Shown: one piece after another, positions 54,290 through 64,000 of the stretch
Position numbering within the stretch: the stretch's first letter is position 1
How the letters are laid out: each line of letters starts with the position of its first letter
NCBI GenBank assembly: GCA_951406725.2
Contig: OX597817.1
Coordinates: forward strand, 57,164,001 to 57,228,000
DNA length: 64,000 bases
Direction: 5' to 3'
Source of the DNA: Octopus vulgaris
Taxonomy: Eukaryota
The notes under the pieces: generated by a model
What the model was told of the DNA's origin: nothing
What the model saw: only the letters and a program-made list of their open reading frames with translations
Databases searched by the model: none
Translations under genes and position numbers: made by a program

Positions 54290-55290
54290 ATTATTTACAT
54301 TATTTACATTTGACGGATATTTGTCCTCATCTTGTTTGTTGTTAACACAACGTTTCAGCTGATATACTCTCCAGCCTTCATCAAGTGTCCAGGGGGAATT
54401 TCAAACCTGGGTTCTCGTTCCTAAGGTATTTTTCTGATATTATTATTATTATGTCGAACACCTGCTGTCACATGTAGGACAAATCCAGCTATCTGCTAAA
54501 TCCATTGTGAAGACTCCGCTGCTGCCCTCCTTTGGGCAGGTAATTTTTTATTTGTCTAGTGGCTGTAGCAAAAGAGGTAGTATGGTGGACCCATTTGAAA
54601 GGGCTAAAAACAGACACTTTCCTCTTTGGCCAAGCCCTCATCAACTTTTGCAAGTTTCACTTGAAAAATAAGTTGAGGGTGGGGAGGGAGGTGTTGCCTT
54701 GTAGCAAGTTTGTTGAAAGGTGGGTGAATGTGGGAAGAATGACCAGCGTGAAAGGATCAATTCTGAGTGTGCACCTGTAAAAAGGAAATCAAAGGAGAAG
54801 GGCTATTTCCCTGTTGTTCAGGCACCCATGGCTTTTGTGGGTTTTTCCATGAGGATCTTAAAATGCTTCCCCTATTGAGAGCTTTAATTTGTTTAATTTT
54901 TAATTGTTATTTATATTGTTTACACACAGTAAAACCCTTTGAATCATCCTGTTTCTGTCTTTAATGTTCTTGCATGTCTTTTAATGTTATTTTATGTAAG
55001 CCCTTGTGGCTAATAAAAGAATTATTATTATTATTATCATTATTATTTTCCTTCTTTCTTCAAATTTTCTTCCATTTCTCGCCGAATATTTTCCATACAC
55101 CTAGGGCAGAGAAGCTCATTGTATGCATTCCCAGATTACACACACAAATTCCCAAGTAAAATATGTATTTAAAAAATTAATAAATAAATAAATTCATGAA
55201 TTTATTATTATTATTCAGGTCACTGCCTGGAATCGAACTCAAAATCTTGGGGTTAGTAGCCCACACTCTTAACCACTACGCCATATGCCA
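54290..55290 (-). mobile_element. tRNA-head/hammerhead element split by a LINE insertion
   Basis: Hammerhead part 54290-54452 and tRNA head 55201-55290. Confidence 0.8.
54453..55047 (+). mobile_element. L1/Tx1-like LINE 3' end
   Basis: VAVAKEVVWWTHLKGLKTDTFLFGQALINFCKFHLK..FVERW; AATAAA at 55012; (TTA)n tail. Confidence 0.6.
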
Positions 55291-56675
55291 TAACGTTGAG
55301 CATTAACTGGTGAAATGTTCAAGCCATAGAATCATGGAAAAACAGATGATGATGATGTATAGCTAAGCAAGGTTAGGAGAGGAAGGGTGCAACCAGGAAA
55401 ACCAATTTAGCATGTGTAGGTGGTAGCATTTCTAGGTAAGAGTGCACCCATTCTGAATAACATAGCAAATGTCAGATCATATTGACTAACAGTGAATCAG
55501 TCTAAACAGCATTCTGTGTGCTGACAGCATGACCAACACACAGGATTAAACGATGCAGGCTATTAGGATGGTGTGTTTAAATATTTGATGCCTAGTTACC
55601 TAGGTAACCTAATTAGTGATTAGGCCAGGGGATCAAAAGTGATGGTGGCAAAGATAGAAAGTGAAGCAGATTACATGAAATTAAGACAACTGCTTTATTT
55701 GACTGAATGTATTTTTGTGGCTATGCAAAATATATATACACAAGTGTGTGTGTGTGGCCCAAATGAGATCAATCAATAATGAGGGAAACCACCATTTTCT
55801 GCAGCAAATAATTAAAAGCAAAAGCCTTCTCAGCCTCCATGCTGCCAGCAGGTACAAAAAGATGAAAAATCTGGCTGTTCACACAAGGAGGTGGAGAGTT
55901 GTCAAAGAAGCTAAAAAACTGGCCACAAGGACACCTGTGACATCTTCAAGGGAAGTTCTGTGGATGCTTGACATGCTACACATTGCAGCCAAATTTCTTC
56001 GAATCTATACGAAGTAACTGAATGAAAAAATGACGACAGACATAACTGGAACACCTTTGACCATAGGTATACTTAGCATGGGTTCACCTGGAATTAACAA
56101 TTGAGGGAGGATTGTGTTTCATCTTTTGCTTGCTTCAGTCATAAGATTGTGGCCATGCTGGAGCACCACCTGCAAGAATTTCTAGTCGAATGAACCAACC
56201 ACAATACTTTGCTAAACTGCTAAGTTACAGGGATGTAAATACACCAACACTGGTTGTCAAGCAGTGGTAGGGGGACAAACAGACACAAAAAAACACACAT
56301 CTATAAATATACAATGGGCTTCTTTCAGTTTCCATCTATCAAATCCACTCCCGAGGTTTTGGCCAGCCCAAAGCTATAAGCCATAGTAAAAGACTTGCTG
56401 AAGGTAGCATACAATGAGACTGAACCCAGAACCATGTGATTGGGAAACAAACTTCTTACCACCCAGCCACACCTATGCCTATAGTAGACATCATTAAAGG
56501 AAGTCACAGACTTCCTTGCCAAATATGATTGGGTGACGGGTGGATTAAAATTTTGCAGGAACTTACAGATACCATGGGTGTGGATGTGGGGTAGACTAAC
56601 ATCACATCAAGATAAAAATTAGGCAACAACTTACAGAGATCAAACTAAGCTTGGTCTGTTAACTTTCAGTAAACA

Positions 56676-56846
56676 TACAGTTCTATATTTAAGAGATGAG
56701 GAATTATTTACAATTGACAAGATATTTGTCCTCATCTCGTTTGTTGATAACACGTTTCGGCTGATATACCCTCCAGCCTTCATCAGGTGTCTTGGGGAAA
56801 TTTCAAACCTGGGTTCTCATTACTAAGGTATTTTTCGATGTTATTG

Positions 56847-56878
<32 letters not shown>

Positions 56879-57044
56879 TAGGTCACTGCCTGGAATCGAA
56901 CTTGGAATTATTGATGCAATGACCCCCCCCCCCCCCAAGACAAGATATATACACAAGTTAATGTTTGTTTTTATGTTTAGATATACATTAGTTAAGAGCA
57001 CAGGCTACTAACCCCAAGATTTCGAGTTTGATTCCAGACAGTGA

Positions 57045-57094
<50 letters not shown>

Positions 57095-57238
57095 TGGAGA
57101 AATACCTTAGGAATGAGAACCCAGGTTCGAAATTTCCCCAAGACACCTGATGAAGAAGGCTAGAGGGCATATCTGCCAAAACGTTGTATTAGCAACGAAC
57201 ACGATGAGGACAAATATCCGTCAAATGCAAATAATGTT
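56676..57238. mobile_element. Inverted pair of tRNA-head/hammerhead elements
   Basis: Minus copy 56676-56905 and plus copy 56990-57238. Confidence 0.85.
56749..56791 (-). ncRNA. Minimal hammerhead motif with an intact core and a 3-nt deletion near the cleavage site
   Basis: GACAC-CUGAUGA-a-GGCUG gagggUAUAU CAGCC-GAAAC-GUGUU. Confidence 0.6.
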
Positions 57239-60199
57239 CAGTAACCATGTTGAGAAAGATAACTTCGTTGTCTTCCTCGAAATCTTATTTGGCCTTGGGG
57301 AAATGTTAATTTGCTTGGAAACAGAGTTAGTGACAAGGGAATCTCAATATAGAAAATCTGATTCAAAATGATTAGTATACACACACACACACATTTTGTT
57401 TTGGTATTTCGTTGGCAAGATTCTTGATGTGAATTCCTGTGTTGAAACATTTTGTGTCTTAGGAGTGTTGTTATACCAGCAATAAACACAAGCAGTGAGT
57501 ATATCATTATTGATGTAATGACCCTCCCAAAACACAAGATATATACACATGTTAAGGTTTGTTTTTGGGTTCAGTTATACATTGATTTCAAGGTTTACTC
57601 TATACTTTTGTATACATTTTGTTTCTTTTATTTGTTTCAGTCATTTGACTGAGTATCGGCCAGCTAAACCATCATCCAATGGTTTAAACTTGCTGAGACT
57701 TCAAAGTCACAGTTAACAATATTCTTGTTCGAAAAATACAAACACACAACTCAAGAAGAGAAAAACTTTAATAAATATACAAAAAAAAAAACGTTAGCTG
57801 CCGAACTGGTGCCGAGGAAGGATTGATAAACAGAGCTACACCACTGCCAAACCAGGGGGATGGGGGACATAGATAATGCCAGTGAAGTTGATGACTCAGT
57901 TTCTTTATATGAAGTTATTTACTTACTAATTTTCTGAATCTAAAAAAAAAATTTATTTTTCTTCTTCTTGCATCTTTCCTGATTAACATGTCAGCTATCT
58001 TTGCCTCATCTAATCCTTGTACTGGTAATTCCTAGCAAATGTCAATAACCTTGAAAAAGACATTGTGCCAAACTGAATGGTGGATTCAACAGAGGCACAG
58101 CCTTTGCTGGTCGCCGCTCACTGAACACATTGTTCCTAAACACTTCTAGATTAGCCCACTAAAAGACGGGATGGTCCCAGGTGGAACACCCTTGATTATA
58201 AATCTACCCAATCAGAGATGACAACATGAAGGTAAACAACAGTTAGTGATTGAATACATCGACTAAGATTTGGTTAATGAAACCTGCTGCCAACATGAAG
58301 GAAACCCATTTTATGACTACCACTCTTCCATCAGTCTCATAGATACATCATCAGCATCATCATCATCATCGTTTAACGTCCACTTTCCATTCTGGCATGG
58401 GTTGGACAGTTTGACTGAAAACTGGCAAGCCAGGAGGCTGCACCAGGCTCCAGCATTGAAACAAATAAACCTGGCTCTCACAGGAATCCAACTTATTAGG
58501 TCAATAATGTAAACCAATCTAGTATTCTGCAGGACAAAGTCATTAGTGTTAATTAGAAAGTAGCGCTATAATATAGTTAAGATGACGTAGTAACGAGACT
58601 GACTCAAAGAAAAAAAAATGCAACAAACAAGCTGTTTACACACTGTTTTAGTGGTAAATCAGTTTAAATCCGAGAGCAATCAATGAACTGTGAAATAAGT
58701 ATCATCATCATCGTCATCATGTATATGACTCAGAGTTGTGGAAATACCAGGAGGTGATGTCCAACAGAAAGCTTTTCTGTGTACTTAATTTTAATTACAC
58801 AGACAGAATTAAATGATAGACATTATAAGACATGTGATAACTGAATAATGACACAGTTTCATTGGTGGAGCAGGAAATCTCTTGGTTTACCAGGGTTTGT
58901 GGAATCAGTACAGAAAACTTTTGACTGACTCATAATTCATGGTAACAAAGACCCCAACTTCTCAATTTGAAGTCAGGCTAATTATTATTTTTTTTATTGA
59001 TTGAAAACACACAACATTCATGATCAATGTGAATCATCAGGTTACTTTTTCGCATCCTAATCTGTTAAAATTTAGATATAAAGGCTAAAGCTAGATTAAG
59101 GTTGCTGTGGAATACTCGGTCACTTATCCTATAATTCTTTAAGTGGGCAGATTTGTTCATTGAACAATCAAAATAACCACAGCATATGAGTCCACAGTCA
59201 CCATCGATGAAGGAGGAAGTGAATGCTCTTAGCTAAAGAAAGGGAGGTCCCTCCTAAGACCCACACTTTACTGGTGAAATGAGAAGTGGAAGTCCTTAAC
59301 TACACACTTAAATGGCAAAGTAGGCAGAGGCTGTGGCTATCAAGAATTATACATTCAATAATGAAGGTGATGATGACTATCATTAGCTACACAATAAGTG
59401 GGTGGTGGACACCCTTAGCAGAAATAAAAAGATGGTCGCCCATTCATTGATAAAATAGTAGGTGAATGACATTGATAAAGTGGGAATAAAGCACCAACCA
59501 ATCATGGCCGTTTGCCAGCCTCCTCTGGGCCCTGTGCCAGTGGCATGTAAAAAGCACCCACTACACTCACGGATTGTTTGGCATTAGGAAGGGCATCCAG
59601 CTGTAGAAACACTGCCAGATCAGATTGGAGCCTGGTGCAGCCTCCTGGCTTCCCAGACCCCGGTCGAACCATCCAACCCATGCTAGCATGGAAAACGGAC
59701 GTTAAACAATGATGATGATGGCAATGTGGATACACACTTCAAATGATGAATGATAACATGTTTCTTTACCAGAACAGTGTTCTAGGTAAAGCACTAAATA
59801 TCCTCTGTTTTAAGTTGTCAAAGAGCAGATTAAAACAAAAAGAGGTTTTCTAGTTCATACCCAACCAATAGCAATGCATTGTTGTATCATTGGGCAAGAT
59901 ACTCAACTCTCAAATGGCACAGCTGATCTCATGTTTGATAGGGATTACAGAGTAGAGAACAAGCTCTAACGACAGCTCTAAAATGCACAAGCAATTGTCA
60001 TTTAGGCCTATGTCAGCCGACAGCATTCTGACATTCCAGCATACCATATCTAGCACTAGATTATACAACACTTTTCTTTTCTCACCTCCACCCCGCTTTG
60101 TTTAGCCCCAACTCAACTCTTATCCAGCAAATCTACAATCAAAGACATTCCAGCTTCAATCATTTGAAGCGGAGATATATATATGCACACGCACACACA

Positions 60200-60640
60200 A
60201 TATCATCATCATTTAACGACCATTGTCCGTGCTGGCATGAGTTGGACAGTTTGAAGACTGCACCAAACTTCAGTCTGAGTTGGCATGGTTTTCTATGGCT
60301 GGATGCCCTACCTAACGCCAACCACTCCAAGAGTGTAATCGGTGCTAATACGTATCACCGGCACAGGTGCCAGTGGAATGACACCAATATCTGCCACAAC
60401 AGCGATTTTGCTCGGCTTGATGGGTCATCTTCTCAAGCACAACATAATGCCAAAGGTCTCAGTCATTGTGTCCGTGAGGCCCATCACTCAAAAGGAGCTC
60501 AGCCACTTTGCTTCAATGAGGCACAACACTTGAAAGGAACTCAGTGAGACTCATTAGAAAGGAGTTCAGCCACCTCGCCTCTGTGAGTCCCAACACTCGA
60601 AAGGAATTCAACCACTTTGCCTACATGAGGCCCAGGAGCT
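60200..60640 (-). mobile_element. Family A subfamily with ~44-bp 5' modules
   Basis: Repeated gaaaggarytcagccactttgc..gaggcccaacact units at 60485-60635. Confidence 0.75.
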
Positions 60641-61016
60641 CAGCTACATGAATTGAAGTGGTTGCAATTTCTAGCAACCAACTTCTGACTGAAATGCTCC
60701 CCATGAACCTCAGATTTTTTCTTTAAAAACGTTAGATTTAATTTATATGAGAGCTACTTTTTAGAGAAACTTTTGTAACATGATTCGTTTAATTTTTGCC
60801 TATGTACAAGTTGCTAATGATTTATGTAAGATATGATGTAACATCCATATAGGCCATGGGCAAATGTCTACCCTTTCATTAGCATATTTCTGTTCAAACA
60901 TTTTTTTTATGAAGACGTACTTGAATAGTAAGTGACTTGATCTGAGATCGTGTGCTGAAACAAAAATAATTGTAGCAGTGTGGAAGGTGTTTATAAGCCA
61001 TTTAAAAAACATACAA

Positions 61017-61188
61017 AAACTGTTAGATTCACTTCAACATTTAAATTTAATTCGTCAAAATATTTTTGTCGCTTTCAAACTAGAACCTGTTCACTGACAA
61101 AATTCCGTGAGTGAACAGGTCACGGTTTCAAAGCGACGAAAATATTTTCACAAATTAAATTTAAATGTTGAAGTGAATCTAACAGTTT
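61017..61188. repeat. Long imperfect palindrome (arms about 78 bp)
   Basis: aaactgttagattcacttcaacatttaaatttaatt matches its reverse complement at the right end. Confidence 0.95.
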
Positions 61189-61384
61189 CAATTGTCATAT
61201 ATTCTTTATTTCAAATAAATATGGAAATAAGGTAAAACTTAGTAAGTCACTTTTGTCATTATTCAGTGGCTGGAACATGAATTAACATGAAATGTTGATA
61301 AGAGGATTTTAAGTGGGTCACTTTTAAAACAGGAAGTCTGGATGATAGAGTCATGGGCGGTTTCATGTGGGGTGATATGATCAT

Positions 61385-61660
61385 TATTTATTATTGTTCC
61401 ACCGTGGTCAAGACAATGGAATTTACTATGTTACACCAGACTTCACAGTCCATCATAGCATTATGGAGGTCCTGTTGCTGGATGCCTATGTCCCTGGAGA
61501 TTACATCAGGGTAGGGGAGTGTGAGCCCTCTGGTATCGCGAGTATATGGCTTCCAGAGGAGAAGGGTAGAAATTACCTCGTTTTCAGCTCTACAACAATG
61601 TCCAGCAAACTGGACTCTTCTACCTTTCACAAGAGATGATAGGGTGCTGATCCCTGATAC
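61385..61660 (-). mobile_element. RTE-clade LINE 3' fragment
   Basis: RRVQFAGHCCRAENEVISTLLLWKP..YPDVISRDIG..DLHNAMMDCEVW, followed by a (TAA)-like tail. Confidence 0.8.
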
Positions 61661-62125
61661 AGGCCAAATCCCTTGTTGGCTCAAAGGGCAACAGTGACCG
61701 TAACTGCTATAACACTGGAAGTAGTAAAACCAAATACATAAGAAAAAGAGAAACAAAACAGAGGATGATGGTGATGGTGAGATTATGACCACAGACTACA
61801 CTAATCAGCAGCAACAGTTGTGCTGTTTTACTGCTGGTTTTTATTTTTGTTTGTTCACCACCACTACCACCTCTTCATCCTTTTTTTTTTTCTAACTACC
61901 ACTGCTCTTCATAAATATTTTGATCCAATCAGCAGCTAAGTCAGTGAACCATTTCTGTCAGTGGAAATTCCAATGAGCTTAGATTTAAATTAGATTTAAA
62001 ACATTGATCTTTCACATAGATTACGGTGGTAGTGGTGGTGGCAGGAGGAGGGAGAAAATTTGTACATAATAGTTTCCCATACCCCACCCCATCAAAATTA
62101 CTGCTGCTATTACTACTAATACAAC

Positions 62126-62156
<31 letters not shown>

Positions 62157-63019
62157 AGTAGTAACAACAACAAAGCTTATTTAATAGGAAATTTTTTTTT
62201 TTTAAATTTAATTTCAAAATTTCCTAACTTTGAAACCTTGTCAACCCTCCAAAAACAAAAGCGGAAAGTAAGTTTTCCACATAAGAAAGCCAAATGATAT
62301 TTGCAACATTGCCTCAAGTCCTGAATCTTGCCTAAAATACAAGACCTCTCCTCTTTCTCACAGTAAACTCCTAAGCCATGTTGCAATCTGTGTTTCTTAC
62401 CAAAACAGACCACCACTACTTGCTTCAGGTTTAATTGTTTCACAATATCAAAACTTTTCTCAGTTAACAACTGATGGAACCACTAAGTGGAGGCTTGAAA
62501 CAGCAACCAAATCTCCCTCATATCACATCAAGTACCAGTTGAACACTGGAGTTGATGCAATCGACTAACACTCTCCCCTGAAATTGCTGGCCTTGTGCCT
62601 ATAGTTGAAAGGGTTATTACCATCAAGCAAGCACTAACAGAAGTAAACTGAACCAGTTATTTCTTGTACACAGTTTCAATCCCCAGCCGTACACTAAGGA
62701 CATCAGCAAACTAAATGTGAAGAAAGAGATCAACGTCACAACTTCATTTCCTTTGATTATAAATCTGATAGACGATAAATATTAATAGAGTACAGTGGAA
62801 AAGGTGTGCTCCAGGTCTTTCAACAGTCAGCATTGACCTAGTGGCCTCTTGGATATGTAATGGAAGGTGGGCAGTTCCAACAACCACCTGTAAGTATGAA
62901 CTCAGATATGCAACGTCTGAAAATTTTCCTTGTGTTCTCCCAGAACAGGTAGTGTTTCTAAACACTTCTAGATAAACTCTCCAATGACGGAGGGCATGAA
63001 GAATAGATGCAAATATTTT

Positions 63020-63330
63020 GGCGCCCTCCGTCGTCAACCAGGAGAATTCATCTATGAAGCAATTGCCCCAGCTCCCCTTCAGGGTTGGTGAAAGCGATGT
63101 AGTGGACAATGAAAAACCTGGCTGATGACAGTCAAGGCTGATCTGGAACCCAACCTAGGCCCCCGTGTCTACGGTGTTTGCTGCTGGAATAAGGAGTGGT
63201 TGGAGATCACGCAGTTGTTAGCCTCAAATCGCCAGGTCTGGTCGGCGTTTGCGAGTGATGCAGCATTGAGGATGAATGAAGCCAGCTCAACCCACCCCGG
63301 GTGAATGCTGTCTCAAGACAAGACAAAACT
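63020..63330 (+). mobile_element. RTE LINE 3' end
   Basis: ALRRQPGEFIYEAIAPAPLQGW*KRCSGQ*KTWLMTVKADLEPNLGPRVYG...EASSTHPG*, then a caagacaagac tail. Confidence 0.8.
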
Positions 63331-64000
63331 CTCCAATCTAGTGGAAGCACATGACAATGGTTGAGACACTGCTTGCTCACGATCTGGCAATGAGGATTTC
63401 AATTCTGAAAAGAAGTGATGCAATGCGTTCTTTGAGCAAACCACTTCATTTCACACTATTCCAGCGCACTCAGGTGCAAATGAGTTCCAGCAACAGTTGG
63501 GAAGTTAAGCCTGCAGTGGACCAGCAACCCATACAGGTGGGGGATTGGGGGAGACTTATTAAAACCCCACAACATGGGAACATGGTTAACCTACAGGCTT
63601 ATGAGTCATTAGGACTATTGACAGACCCACCCCAAGGTAAACTGTCTGCAACCACTCAGACTAACTCAAATTACTGTGAATAAATACCTTTTAGCTTCGA
63701 GATTTCAACAACATGATCATTTCTAGAATAATATTACAGGGGAAGTGTGAGAAGCCAAATCTGGCCAGTTTGAAGATGAAAATGGGGATTATTTTGGTCA
63801 GATATGGTCAGTTTAAATGCTAAAGGGTCGAACAGTGTTTATGACCACTTGTGGGTATGTAAAGAGTTTTTATGACCACTTCTAGGTATGTACTCGAAGG
63901 TAAACAGTGTATGACTACTTGTAGATCTCAAATCCTCTTAAACCTTGCTAGGACAGCTACAATCAATCAGAACATACCAATGGGAAAAAGTATTCGCAAT

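Noticed and set aside
62744-63109. ORF containing ILHALRHWRVYLE, similar to a Gypsy RNase H motif
   Set aside because: There are no flanking RNase H or RT motifs, and it partly overlaps the antisense strand of an RTE fragment. Probably chance.

Overview
This is AT-rich, repeat-dense eukaryotic DNA, and its SINE repertoire and microsatellites suggest an octopus (inference). The only supportable protein-coding gene is a minus-strand CAMSAP/Patronin-family gene. Six spliced exons between 23932 and 503 join in frame and encode the N-terminal region and CAMSAP CH domain. Its start exon was not found, and the gene continues past the left edge. The rest is intronic or intergenic sequence containing tRNA-derived SINEs, an RTE-tailed non-autonomous family with variable 5' module arrays, LINE 3' fragments (RTE, CR1-like, Tx1-like), hAT/piggyBac/Tigger-type MITEs and Helitrons. 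The most notable signal is three unrelated small repeat families carrying minimal type-I hammerhead ribozyme motifs of the kind known from Penelope-like elements. One has a tRNA-derived Pol III head, one is a TSD-flanked insert with a GUC site, and one has a G3-C8 swapped core. Nearly all ORFs in the supplied track are spurious. Repeat boundaries are approximate.
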